Shown here one piece after another: positions 9,111 to 21,000 of a DNA stretch of 64,000 nucleotides. A program made the translations under genes and the position numbers. This stretch comes from an uncultured delta proteobacterium (GTDB lineage: Bacteria > Desulfobacterota > DSM-4660 > Desulfatiglandales > Desulfatiglandaceae): NCBI GenBank assembly GCA_963704245.1, contig CAVPHJ010000002.1, forward strand, positions 30,317-94,316, given 5' to 3'. Under the pieces are notes generated by a model, which was given only the letters and a program-made list of their open reading frames with translations, did no database searches and was not told the DNA's origin. How positions within the stretch are numbered: position 1 is the stretch's first letter; each line of letters starts with the position of its first letter.

Positions 9111-9998
9111 ATGAACCGCTGCGGATGGGGTAAGGTCTGGCTCACGCTTGCCGCGCTCCTTTGGCCGACATTTACGGCCAATAGCGAACCGGCTCCGCTC
9201 CACGTTTTCGTGAGCCTGCCGCCGCAGGCCTATTTCGTCAAAAAGGTAGGCGGGGAGGGGCTCAGGGTCTCGGTCTTGGTGCGGCCCGGGGCCAGCCCGC
9301 ACACGTACGAACCCAAGCCCCAGCAGGTGGTCGGGCTGAGTGCCGCGAGGCTCTATTTCGCCATCGGCGTGCCTTTCGAGCGCGCGTGGCTGCCGAAGAT
9401 CCGCGCCGCGAACCCGGCAATGGTCGTGGTGGACACCGACCGGGGGATGGAGAAGCTGCCGATGAAAGCGGACCTGCACGCCGAGAGCCCTTCGGACCCC
9501 CACGAGGGGGTCAGGGACCCCCATGTGTGGCTTTCGCCGCCCCTGGTCATGCTGCAGGCCCGCCACATCCTGCGGGCGCTGGAAGAAGCCGACCCGGAAG
9601 GCCGGTCCGGGTACGAGGTGAACTACCGACGTTTCATGGGAGAACTCCTGGAACTGGACGAAGAGCTGAGGTCGCTTTTCAGCCAGCGGGCGGGCGGGAA
9701 GGCCTTCATGGTCTTCCACCCGGCCTGGGGCTACTTTGCCGACGCCTACGGCCTGGAGCAGATCCCGATCGAGCTCGAAGGCAAGGAGCCCCGTCCGGCC
9801 GAGCTGCGGGCCCTCATCGATGACGCCCGCCGCAGAGGCGTCCGGGCCGTGTTCGTGGCACCCCAGCAGTCCCGCAAGAGTGCCGAGGTGATCGCCGGTG
9901 CGGTGGGCGGGGTTACGGTGGAGGCGGACCCGCTGGCGCCGGACTGGGCCGCCAACCTGAGGCGGGTGGCCGCCAGGTTCAAGGCCGAGCTGCGGTAG
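9111..9998 (+). CDS. metal ABC transporter substrate-binding protein (ZnuA/TroA family)
   Basis: The track ORF starts at 8949, but GAGGGAGG precedes the ATG at 9111. MNRCGWGKVWLTLAALLWPTFTANS is a signal peptide. Family motifs DPHVWLSPP and FHPAWGYF are present, with a short His/Asp-rich loop HAESPSDPHEGVRDPH. Confidence 0.8.
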   Translation: MNRCGWGKVWLTLAALLWPTFTANSEPAPLHVFVSLPPQAYFVKKVGGEGLRVSVLVRPGASPHTYEPKPQQVVGLSAARLYFAIGVPFERAWLPKIRAANPAMVVVDTDRGMEKLPMKADLHAESPSDPHEGVRDPHVWLSPPLVMLQARHILRALEEADPEGRSGYEVNYRRFMGELLELDEELRSLFSQRAGGKAFMVFHPAWGYFADAYGLEQIPIELEGKEPRPAELRALIDDARRRGVRAVFVAPQQSRKSAEVIAGAVGGVTVEADPLAPDWAANLRRVAARFKAELR

Positions 9999-10095
9999 CG
10001 GGGACAGAGAGCAGGCCGTGAGGAAACATGGGCGGACGATCTCCTGACCATGCAGCCGCTGAAGATCGGCAGGATCTCCTGCCTCCCTTGAGCAT

Positions 10096-10494
10096 GTGGA
10101 AAAGGCGCCCGTATCCGCGTCGCTCCTGCTTCTGCTGGGTTTGTGGGTCTACTTCCATCGCCGCATCGACCTGTGGGTTCTGGTGGGGGTGAGCGCGTTG
10201 ATCGCCCGTTTTTGGACGTATCACCGTTGGTATGACGATCTGCTGCTCCTGTTTCCCGTGCTGTGCCTGCTATCGCCTGGCGAAACGCGAAGAGGGTCCA
10301 AGGCAGACGGCGGCAGTGGTCGACGGCCTCTGCTGGCGCTGAACATGCCCCTGCTCGTGGCACCGGGCGGTCTCTACCTCCTGCCTTCCCCATGGAATGC
10401 GTATTTCGTGTGGCTGCAAACCGGGGCCTGGCTGGCGTGCCTGCTGTTTCTGCTGATCCGCGCCCGCCAGGAACGACTGAGCCGGGCGTCATGA
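10096..10494 (+). CDS. hypothetical membrane protein, possibly a C-terminal remnant of a larger membrane protein
   Basis: 132-aa ORF with a GTG start and no clear RBS. It has 3-4 hydrophobic segments. I do not recognise a family. Confidence 0.3.
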   Translation: MEKAPVSASLLLLLGLWVYFHRRIDLWVLVGVSALIARFWTYHRWYDDLLLLFPVLCLLSPGETRRGSKADGGSGRRPLLALNMPLLVAPGGLYLLPSPWNAYFVWLQTGAWLACLLFLLIRARQERLSRAS

Positions 10495-10535
10495 AGCGAA
10501 CTCACCTGCAGCGGGCGGCGGCAGCATGGTTCGCC

Positions 10536-10564
10536 TTGACCCGAGTGCAGGGCCCCTGTATCCT
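10536..10564 (+). promoter_or_regulatory. possible sigma70-like promoter upstream of dodecin gene
   Basis: TTGACC (10536-10541), 17 nt, TATCCT (10559-10564). The leader would be about 135 nt. Confidence 0.3.
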
Positions 10565-10705
10565 GGAGATCGGCGGCCAGGCGTCTTTCTCCCCACAGGT
10601 CCCATTGCAGAGGGCCCGGAACCGGAATACGGGCAAACCACGCCGGCCTGGAAAGAGGCGGGGAAACCCCGATCCGGGAATCACGCAGACAAAAGGAGGG
10701 TAAGA

Positions 10706-10927
10706 ATGGCAAAGGACAGCACGTACGTCATCATCGAACTGGTGGGCACCAGCGACACGTCCTGGGAGGATGCCGCCCGGACGGCCGTGGAGACGGCGGG
10801 CGAGAGCCTCAAGGACCTGCGGATCGCCGAGGTCACCAAGCTGGACATGGTCGTCACCAACGGCAAGGTCACCTCCTTCCGGGCCAGGCTGGACGTGTCC
10901 TTCAAGTACCAGAAGGGGATGGACTAG
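10706..10927 (+). CDS. dodecin family flavin-binding protein
   Basis: AAAGGAGGG RBS, then the ATG at 10706. The 73-aa product MAKDSTYVIIELVGTSDTSWEDAARTAVETAGESLKDLRIAEV... matches the dodecin fold signature. Confidence 0.8.
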   Translation: MAKDSTYVIIELVGTSDTSWEDAARTAVETAGESLKDLRIAEVTKLDMVVTNGKVTSFRARLDVSFKYQKGMD

Positions 10928-10958
10928 CCGCGGGACGGGTCGGATCTTCGACAACCGG

Positions 10959-12305
10959 CTAAGGCGGGCTGTCGCCGGCTTCCAGACGCTTGACCTCGGC
11001 CCGGCCGCGCTCCTCGTCGACGAAATAGAACAGGATGCCGCCGACGATGAAGAGCAGCAGAACCGAGCCGATGCTCCAGCGGGAGGCCAGCTGGCCGATC
11101 TGCTGAACCTGCTCCGGCGAGGGGGCCGGCGGCATCAGCGCCCGGCGGGCGATCAGGCCCACCACACCCATCAGGGCGGGCCCGAGGATGGCGGCCAGCT
11201 TGCCGAGCATGTTGTAGAAACCGTAATACTCGGCGGCCTGGCCCCGGGGAATGAGGCGCGAGTAGTAGGAGCGGCTCAGGGCCTGAATGCCGCCCTGAAC
11301 CAGACCGATGATGACCGCCAGAACGTAGAACTCGTGCCGCTGGGTCATCATGGTGCCCCACAGCGTCACCAGCATGTAGATGGCGATCGCCAGGAAGATC
11401 GCCCGGCGGACCCCCCAGACCTGGCCCAGTTTCCCGAAGGCCAGCGCCGCCGGGAACCCCACGAACTGCACGATCAGCAGGGCCAGGATCAGGTCGTTGG
11501 CCTCGAAGCCCAGGGACATGCCGTAGTCCACCGCCATCCGGATGATGGTGTCCACCCCGTCGATGTAAAACCAGTAGGCCAGCAGAAACAGAAACACGGT
11601 CCTGAGGTGCCGGATCCTGCCGAACGTGGCCGTCAGCTGCCGCCAGCCCTCCCGCACGGCCTGGACCGCGCCGGCCCGCCGGGGAAGCCTTTTTTCCGGG
11701 ACCCAGAAGATGAGAAAGAGGGTGAACAGCCCCCACCACAGGGCCACCGAGAGGAAGGCGAAGCGCACGGCCTGGGAGGCGTCGGCCAGCCCGAAGCGCT
11801 GGGGCATGAGCGTCATCAGGACGTTGACGAGGAACAGCAGCCCGCCGCCCAGGTACCCCATGGAAAAGCCGAAGCCCGACACCCAGTCGATCCGGTCCTC
11901 GGCGGCCACACCGGGCAGCAGGGAGTCGTAGAACACGTTGGCGCCCGAGAACCCGACGATGCCCATGGCGTAGATGAAGATCGCCCAGGCCCACTGGCCC
12001 TGGCCGACCCAGAACAGGGCGGCCGTCATGAGCACTCCCAAGTAGGCGAAAAAGATCAGAAAGGCCTTCTTCTTCGACCCGCGGTCGGCGATGGCCCCCA
12101 GCAGCGGCGCCATGAGGGCCACGAACAGGCTGGCCAGCGCGTTGCCGAAGCCCAGCTGGGCGGTGCTGAGGTTCACGTCCGCGCCGTAGCTCCAGTATTT
12201 CTTGAAGAAGACCGGGAAGAACCCGGCCATCACCGTGGTCGCAAACGCCGAGTTGGCCCAGTCATACAGGGCCCAGCCCCAAACCGCTTTTTTCTCCGGG
12301 CGCAT
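10959..12305 (-). CDS. MFS transporter (UMF1/Atg22-like family)
   Basis: The track ORF is artificially extended to 13160. The real start is MRPEKKAVWGWALYDWANSAFATTVMAGFFPVFFKKYW at 12305. 448 aa, about 12 TM segments. Confidence 0.8.
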   Translation of the reverse strand: MRPEKKAVWGWALYDWANSAFATTVMAGFFPVFFKKYWSYGADVNLSTAQLGFGNALASLFVALMAPLLGAIADRGSKKKAFLIFFAYLGVLMTAALFWVGQGQWAWAIFIYAMGIVGFSGANVFYDSLLPGVAAEDRIDWVSGFGFSMGYLGGGLLFLVNVLMTLMPQRFGLADASQAVRFAFLSVALWWGLFTLFLIFWVPEKRLPRRAGAVQAVREGWRQLTATFGRIRHLRTVFLFLLAYWFYIDGVDTIIRMAVDYGMSLGFEANDLILALLIVQFVGFPAALAFGKLGQVWGVRRAIFLAIAIYMLVTLWGTMMTQRHEFYVLAVIIGLVQGGIQALSRSYYSRLIPRGQAAEYYGFYNMLGKLAAILGPALMGVVGLIARRALMPPAPSPEQVQQIGQLASRWSIGSVLLLFIVGGILFYFVDEERGRAEVKRLEAGDSPP

Positions 12306-12328
12306 GGCCGTCTCCTCTCGCCCCGACT

Positions 12329-13264
12329 CTACAGGGGCCGCAGCTGTTCCCGCTTGATCATGGCCGGACTGAACCGGTCCTGCTCCCTCTGGTTCTGGAT
12401 CAGCACGACGGCCGCGAGCACCGCCAGGCCGCCGAGCATCTGGAGCGGCTCCAGCGTTTCCCCCAGCCACAGGTAGGCGATCAGCGCCGCCGCGATGGGC
12501 TCGAAGGTGGAGATGATGGTCGCCCGGGTGGCCCGCAGATGTTCGATGCCGAAGGCGAAGAGCCCGAAGGGCACCACGGTCCCCAGGCTGGCCGAATAGA
12601 AGACCAGGCTCCAGGACGGGGCATCCCACCCCAGCAGGAGCAGATGCCCCGGGCCGAGCACCAGATTCCAGGTGACAGCCGAGATGACGAGCGCGTAGCA
12701 GAGCACCGTCCAGGGCGAGTAGAAGCGCAGGCCGTATTCCGAATAAATGCAGTAGAAGGCAAAGGTCAGCGCCGCGCCCAGACCCCAGAGCACCCCCCGC
12801 AGGTTGAGGGTCAGCAGATCCAGGTTGTACCCGCCCACGACCAGAAAGCAGCCCGCCAAGGCCAGCAGGAGCGCCAGGAGCTTCATGACCCCCATCTGCT
12901 CCTGCATGAAGCGCCAGGCATAGAGCGCAATCAGGGCCGGGGCCAGGTATTCCAGCAGGATGGCGGCTGCGGTGGGGATGCTGGCGATGGCGGAGAGATA
13001 GCAGGCGTTCACGCCCGCCATGCCGACGGTCCCCAGCAGGAGAAGGCCCGGCAGGTCCTTGGGGCGGATGCGCAGGGCGGAGGGGCGGGCCAGCAGCAGC
13101 CAGAGGAAGGCCAGTACGGCGGCGAAGCTCAACCGGCCCTGGGCCAGCACGAACGGGCAAAGCCCTCCCATCATCAGGTATTTGGACACCACCCCGTTGG
13201 AGGCCCAGAGCAGGGCCCCGGCCAGGCAGGCGGTGACCCCCTTACCGGTGGAGGGGGGATTCAT
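12329..13264 (-). CDS. EamA/DMT family transporter
   Basis: 311-aa ORF with about 10 TM segments and a duplicated EamA-like architecture. Confidence 0.75.
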   Translation of the reverse strand: MNPPSTGKGVTACLAGALLWASNGVVSKYLMMGGLCPFVLAQGRLSFAAVLAFLWLLLARPSALRIRPKDLPGLLLLGTVGMAGVNACYLSAIASIPTAAAILLEYLAPALIALYAWRFMQEQMGVMKLLALLLALAGCFLVVGGYNLDLLTLNLRGVLWGLGAALTFAFYCIYSEYGLRFYSPWTVLCYALVISAVTWNLVLGPGHLLLLGWDAPSWSLVFYSASLGTVVPFGLFAFGIEHLRATRATIISTFEPIAAALIAYLWLGETLEPLQMLGGLAVLAAVVLIQNQREQDRFSPAMIKREQLRPL

Positions 13265-13380
13265 CTGTCGGATCCTGTCATGCGGAGCTCGCTCCCGGGA
13301 GGTTGAAGATTATACCGCCCGGGCCCCGGGAGGCAACGAATAAGTGGCGCCGGCGGCAGGGAAGGGCCCGGCAAAAGCCA

Positions 13381-13409
13381 TTGACAGGCCCAACCCATTG
13401 GGCTAACAA
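13381..13409 (+). promoter_or_regulatory. sigma70-like promoter of purA
   Basis: TTGACA (13381-13386), 17 nt, TAACAA (13404-13409). It lies 46 nt upstream of the purA ATG. Confidence 0.4.
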
Positions 13410-13439
13410 GTGATCTTCATGCCGCAGGCATTCCATTGA

Positions 13440-14747
<1,308 letters not shown>

Positions 14748-14748
<1 letters not shown>

Positions 14749-16633
14749 TGCCGCTGCGAGCAGATCTACGACGTGATCGTGGTGGGCGCCGGCCATGCGG
14801 GCTGTGAGGCCGCTCTGGCGGCCGCCCGGATGGGTCACCCGACCCTGCTGCTGACCATCAACCTGGATCACGTGGCGGCCATGAGCTGCAACCCGGCCAT
14901 CGGCGGTCTGGCCAAAGGGCATCTGGTCAAGCGAGATCGACGCGCTGGGCGGCGAGATGGCGAAGAACGCCGACGCCAGCGCGATCCAGTTCCGGCGGCT
15001 GAACACCCGCAAGGGACTGGCCGTGCAGGGCTCCCGGTCCCAAAACGACCGCGATCTGTACCGCCGGCGGATGAAATCCGTGCTGGAGGCGCAGCCCAAC
15101 CTGGACATCCGCCAGGCCATGGTGGAGCGGCTGCTGGTGCGGGACGGGAAAGTGCAGGGGGTGGAGACCCGGATCCACGAGCGATTCGCGGGGCGGGCCG
15201 TCATTCTGACAACCGGCACCTTCCTGAAGGGCCTGATTCACGTCGGGCTCGACCATTTCCCGGGCGGCCGGATGGGCGACCCCCCGGCCGGCGGGCTGTC
15301 CGCCAGCACTGCGGGAACTGGGCTTCGAGCTGGGCCGCCTGAAGACCGGCACCACGCCCCGGCTCAACGGCCGGACCATCGACTTCGCAGGCCTGACCGC
15401 AGATGCCGGGGGATGAAAACCCGCGGCCCTTTCTCGTTCACCACCGAGCGCCTGCCCCTGCCGCAGCGTCCCGTGCCACATCACCTACACCAACGCGCGG
15501 ACCCATGCGATCATCCGGGAGGGCCTCGAGCGCTCGCCGCTGTTCAGCGGGGTCATCGAGGGAGTCGGCGCCCGCTACTGCCCCTCGGTCGAAGACAAGG
15601 TGGTCCGGTTTCCGGAAAAGACCCGCCACCAGGTGTTCCTGGAACCGGAAGGTCTGGAGACCTTTGAAGTCTATCCCAACGGCCTGGCGACCAGTCTGCC
15701 CGGTGGACATCCAGGTACGGATGGTACGTTCCATCGCGGGCCTGGAAAGGGCCGAGATCGCTGCGGCCGGGCTACGCCATCGAGTACGACTACGTCGACC
15801 CCATCCAGCTGAAGCCCACTCAGGAGACCAAACGGGTGAGCGGGCTCTACCACGCCGGCCAGATCAACGGCACCTCCGGCTATGAGGAGGCGGCGGCCCA
15901 GGGTCTGCTGGCGGGGATCAACGCGGTGCTGAAAATCCGCGGGGAGGAACCGCTGCTGCTTTCCCGGTCGCAGGCCTACATCGGCGTGCTGATCGACGAC
16001 CTGGTCACCCGGGGCACCCGAGAGCCTTACCGCATGTTCACCTCGCGGGCCGAGTACCGCCTTCTGCTGCGGGAGGACAACGCGGATTTCCGGTTGCGCG
16101 ACATCGGTCACCGGCTGGGCCTGGTCGGCGGCGAGGTGTATCGCGCCTTCGGCCGCAAGCGGGCGCAGGTGGAAACGCTGATGAAGCACCTGGCCGCCAC
16201 CAGGCTGCGGCCTGAGCCCTGGATAAGCGATCGCTTGAGGGCCCTGGGGTCAGCCCCCGTCAAGAACGTCACCACCCTGGAGCAACTGCTCAAGCGCAAC
16301 GAGATCCGCCTGGCCGACCTGCGCTGCTTCGACGCGGACCTCCCGGAGGCCGGACCCGAGGCCTGCGAGGAAGTGGAAGCGCGGGTCAAGTACGAGGGCT
16401 ATCTCCTGAGGCAGGAACGGCAGGTGGAAAAACTGAACCGCCTGGAGAGCGTGCGGATTCCGCAAGAAATCACCTTCGAAAAAGTCCACGGGCTTTCCAC
16501 CGAGGTGAGGGAAAAGCTCGGACGGGTGCGCCCCCTGTCGCTGGGGCAGGCCTCGCGGATCTCGGGCGTGACTCCGGCGGCCCTGATGGCCCTCCAGGTG
16601 CACCTCAAACGGCTGGGTCATCGCGCCGCGTGA
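14748..16633 (+). pseudogene. mnmG: tRNA uridine 5-carboxymethylaminomethyl modification enzyme MnmG (GidA), broken by eight +1 frame steps as given
   Basis: Conserved MnmG sequence ([16 protein letters not shown] ... [14 protein letters not shown] ... [18 protein letters not shown] ... [17 protein letters not shown] ... [21 protein letters not shown]) can only be followed by switching frame 0>1>2>0>1>2>0>1>2. The span is 1886 nt (3n+2). Confidence 0.85.
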
Positions 16634-16665
16634 GGGCTACTGCGGGCGCCAGGCCCCTATCCCCC

Positions 16666-17946
16666 ATGTCCAGAATCGCTTCACGAAACCATGCATCAGC
16701 CGCAGTGTGCTTCGCGGTCCTGCTGCTCACCGGTGCGCCGGGCTGCGGTGAGCGGGCCGAGACCCAGGAGAGCGCGCCAGGCCCCTCCGGGCCGGGGAAA
16801 GTCGTGAAGACCGTTCAGATCACGGCCACGCCTGCGTCCGGCCACCGCGAGCTGGTGGGAGTGCTGGAAGCGCACCGCAAGGTGCGGGTGGCGAGCGAAC
16901 TGGGCGGGCCGGTGGAGGCGCTGCTTTTCGAGAAGGGGGCGCAGGTGCGCGAGGGGCAGCTGCTGGCCGAGATCGGGACCCGCAGCCTGCGGCTCGAGGT
17001 TCAGCGGGCTGCGGCCGCCCTGGCGGCGGCCGAAAGCCAGCTGGAAAAAGCGGAGCGCGGGAGCCGGCCCGAGGAGATCCGGATCGCCGAGGCCGCGCTG
17101 GGGGAGGCCGAGGCCGCCTGGCAGGAGGCCCGGAAGGCCTTTGAGCGGACCAGGGAACTCTACGGCCGGCAGGCGGTTTCAGACCGGGAGCAGGACGCCG
17201 CCAAACGCATCCTGGACATGGCCCATGCGGGTCGAATGGCGGCCGAAGAACGCCTGGCGCTGGCCCGGCAGGGCCCGCGCGAGGAGGACCGCCGGGCCGC
17301 GCGGGCCCAGGTGGCACAGGCGGCGGCCGGCCTGGCGCTGGCCGAAGACCTGGTGCGCAAATCGCGGGTGACGGCCCCGGGCGAGGGCGTGGCCGCGTTC
17401 CGGGAGGTGGAGGTCGGGGAGGTGATCCCGCCGGGTACGGCGCTGACCGAAGTGGTGGATCTGAGCCGTTTCAAGATCAGGCTGGCCATCGGGGAGCAGG
17501 ATATCCACCGGCTGGCCGGGGAAGGGCGAATCCCCTTTACGGTGGATGCCGTTCCGGGTGGGGTGTTCCACGGCCGGATCAGCTTCCGATCGCCGACGGC
17601 CGATCCGGTCACCCGGTCCTTTCCGCTGGAACTGGAGGTGGAGCGGACGGATCCCCGCATGGCCGACGGCATGACCGTGCGGGTGAGATTCGCGCTGACG
17701 GATCGGCGGCCGAGACCGCGGATCCCCTCGGCCTGGCTGGCCGAGGACAACGGCCGCCTGGGGATCTTCGTGGCGCAGGGCGAAAAGGCCCTTTTCAGGG
17801 CGGTGACCCTCGGGGAGTACTACGAGCAGCGGGTCGAGATCCGCTCGGGACTGGAGGAAGGGGAGCGCGTGATCATCACGCCCGCCGGCCTCGAGGGACG
17901 GCGACCGGATCGTGGAAAGGACCCCCTAAGGCCGCTTGCCCGGTAG
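16666..17946 (+). CDS. efflux RND transporter periplasmic adaptor subunit (HlyD/MFP family)
   Basis: MSRIASRNHASAAVCFAVLLLTGAPGC is a lipoprotein-type signal, followed by a coiled-coil and beta-barrel region typical of MFPs. The last ~15 aa look frame-shifted. An alternative frame from ~17897 reads LEDGDRIVERTP* and ends at 17929. Confidence 0.8.
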   Translation: MSRIASRNHASAAVCFAVLLLTGAPGCGERAETQESAPGPSGPGKVVKTVQITATPASGHRELVGVLEAHRKVRVASELGGPVEALLFEKGAQVREGQLLAEIGTRSLRLEVQRAAAALAAAESQLEKAERGSRPEEIRIAEAALGEAEAAWQEARKAFERTRELYGRQAVSDREQDAAKRILDMAHAGRMAAEERLALARQGPREEDRRAARAQVAQAAAGLALAEDLVRKSRVTAPGEGVAAFREVEVGEVIPPGTALTEVVDLSRFKIRLAIGEQDIHRLAGEGRIPFTVDAVPGGVFHGRISFRSPTADPVTRSFPLELEVERTDPRMADGMTVRVRFALTDRRPRPRIPSAWLAEDNGRLGIFVAQGEKALFRAVTLGEYYEQRVEIRSGLEEGERVIITPAGLEGRRPDRGKDPLRPLAR

Positions 17947-17976
17947 GCCTGCCCAAACCCCCGGCCGGGGCATTGG

Positions 17977-18004
17977 TTCCGCATTCCGCATTCCGACTTC
18001 CGAA
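17977..18004. repeat. 4 x 7-nt tandem repeat TTCCGNN
   Basis: TTCCGCA TTCCGCA TTCCGAC TTCCGAA, read directly in the adaptor-RND spacer. Confidence 0.8.
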
Positions 18005-18050
18005 CTCATGCGGGGCTTGCGCAAAGCTCCGCCGGGAATGAGCGTAAGGT

Positions 18051-21000
18051 ATGCTCGATCCTCTGCCGACAAAAGAGGGAATCGGCCTGACCCGCTTCGG
18101 CCTGTCGCGGCCGGTCGTGGTCCGGATGGCCCTGATCCTCATCCTGGTCTTCGGCATCTACAGCTACCGGGCCATGCCGCGCTATCTGGATCCGGACCTC
18201 ACCATCGGCGAGGCGGTGATCGTGACCGTCTGCGCCGGGTTTTTCGCGCCGAAGAGATGGAAAAGCTGGTCACCAAGAAGATCGAGGACGAGCTGGAGGG
18301 CATTTCCGAGATCCGGCGCCACGAGTCCCAGTCCTTCGACAGCACTTCGAAAATCCACATCCTCTTCAACACCCGCCTCTCGGAGTACGAGATCGACCAG
18401 GCCATGCAGAAGGTGCGAAACGCGGTCGACCGGGTGGACGACCTGCCGGAGGAGGCCAAGGTCCCCCGGGTGATCGAGATCGAGATCGCCCTCTTCCCGG
18501 TCTGCATGGTGGGGCTTTCCGGCGGTCTGCCGCTGATGCAGCTGCAGGACATCGCCCGCGACATTGCCGACACCCTGGAGAACATCGACGGGGTGTCGGA
18601 GGTGGACATCCTCGGGGAGCGGGAACAGGAGATCTGGGTGGAGCTGGATCCCCGCCGCATGTCCGCCTACGGGATCACCGTCGCCCAGGTGGCGCAGGCC
18701 ATCGCCGCCCGGGTGAAGAACCTTCCGGGCGGTATCCTGGAAATGGAGGATCAGGAGACCGCCATCCGCATGCTGGGAGAGCCTGCAACCCCGGCGGGCC
18801 TGGGCGGCATGGCCCTGAAGGCCGCGGCCGGCGCGACGGTCTACCTGCGGGATATCGCCGCCATCGCCCCGACCCTGGAAAAGGCCGCGCACCCTGACCT
18901 TCATCGACGAGGAGCCGGCCCTGGTCCTGGCCGTCAAGCGCAAGAAGAAGCACCAACATGGTCCGGATCGTGGACGAGGTGCGGTCGCACTGCGGGAGCT
19001 CGCCGGCCAGTACCCCGGGCTCAAGACGACCCTCTATTTCGACCAGTCCCAGGAGATCAAGAAGCGGATCCGGGAACTCCAGACCAACGCCTTCCTGGGC
19101 ATCGTTGCCGTCTTCCTCATCCTCTGGGTCTCCATGGGGCTACGCAACGCGGTCTATGCCTCGATCGGCATCCCGGTGGCGTTCCTCATGACCTTCACCT
19201 CTGATGCGTCTTTCGGGCTCTCCATCGACGCCGTGACCCTGTTCGGGCTGATCCTGGTGCTCGGCATCATCGTGGACGACGCCATCGTGGTGCTCGAAAA
19301 CATCTTCCGCCACCTGGAGCGCGGCAGCCCGCTGCTGAAGGCGACGTTGGAAGGCAGCCGGGAGGTCCTGGCCCCGGTGCTGGCGTCGGTCACGACCACC
19401 ATGGCGGCCTTTTTCCCGCTGCTCTTCATGGTGGGCGGCGTCATCGGCCGTTACATGGCCATCCTCCCCAAGGTGGTCATCTTCGCTCTGTCGGCCTCCC
19501 TGTTCGAGGTCTTCTTCATGCTGCCCTCCCATGTGGTGGAGCTGACGCCGGAGCGCAAAGTCAGCCGGATCTTCCGTCTCCGGCGGGACATCTTCGAGCC
19601 TTTCCGGAGGATTTACTACCCGTTCCTTCGGCTCATCCTGCGGCATCGCTACCTGTCCGTCCTGGTGATCGTCGCTGCTCCACCGGCCTGGCCTTTTTTC
19701 TCTACTTTCAGACCGACTTCGTCATGTTCCCGAAAAGCGATATTTACCCGCGCTTCAACATCTATTTCGACCTGCCGGTGGGCTCACTCCTGGAAAAAAC
19801 GCAGAAGGCGCTCATGGACCTCAGCGACGTGGTCAAGGAACGAATCGGGCCCGAGCTGGAGGCGCCCATCGCCGTGGCCGGCATGAAGGAGGTCAACTAC
19901 GAGCCCATCTTCGGCACCCACTTCGGCATGCTGAATGTGCTGCTGAAGCCCGAGGGCGCGAGGAAACAGAGCGTGGTGCGACCTGATGGAACGGGTTCGG
20001 GAGGAGGTGGCGCGGGTGCTGGCCGAACACGGCGCCGGCGCCCACTCGTCTGGAGCGGCTGCTCGAGGGGCCGCCGGTGGGCGCGGACGTGGACCTCAAG
20101 ATCCAGTCCCCGAGCTGGGAGACCTCGGCCGAGATCTCGCGCCTGCTCCGGGAGGAGCTGGCCCGGCACCCGGGCATCGTCGACATCCAGGACGACTATT
20201 CGCGGGACAAGCAGTTTATGGAGGTCACGGTGGACGAGAGCCAAGGCCAAACGCTGGGACTCGACCAGCAGCAGCTCCTGTCATGGCCGTGCAGGCCGCT
20301 TTCCACGGTCTGCCGGTGGCCACCTACAACCAGGGGGAGGAAGAGCAGGAGATCAAGCTCAAGTACCAGCCGGAGTACCGGCAGGACTTTGACGGACCTG
20401 TGGACCTGAAGCTGCGGATCCCGGGCCAGCGGCGGAGAAGTGCCCCTCAGGGAGGTGGCCGAGATCCGTCTGAACCCGGGTTTTCACAACATCTATCACT
20501 ACAACGGCAAGCAGACCGTGCGCCTGACGGCCAACATCCAGGAAGCGCAGACGAAGCGCGAAGGGCTTTCGGGCCTGTCTGCCCAACTGAGCGGTGAGCG
20601 GATGACGGCCGTCAGGGCCAACCGGATCGCCCGGGAGGAATTCGACCGCATCAGGGCAGGCTACCCGGGGGCCCGACTGATCGCCGGCGGTCTCCAGGAG
20701 GAAACCGACACGTCGCTGGGGAACTGGGGCATGGCGGCGTTGCTGGCCCTGTTGCTGATCTTCTCCATCCTGTCGCTGCAGTTCAATTCCTTCACCCAGC
20801 CCTTCATCATCATGATCACCATCCCGTTCGTGACCCTGGGGGTCATGGTGGGACTGCTCGTCAGCAAGAACCCGCTGACCTTCGTGACCCTGATCGGTCT
20901 GCTGACCCTCAGCGGGATCGTGGTCAACGACTCGCTGGTGCTGATCGATTTCATCAACCGCTACCGGCGGGAGCACCCGAAGGATCTGTACCTCGCCATC

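Noticed and set aside
12306-13160. N-terminal 285-aa extension of the MFS ORF (track ORF 10959-13160).
   Set aside because: The extension is antisense to the EamA transporter gene and is Pro/Arg/Gly-rich. The MFS homology begins at MRPEKK (12305).
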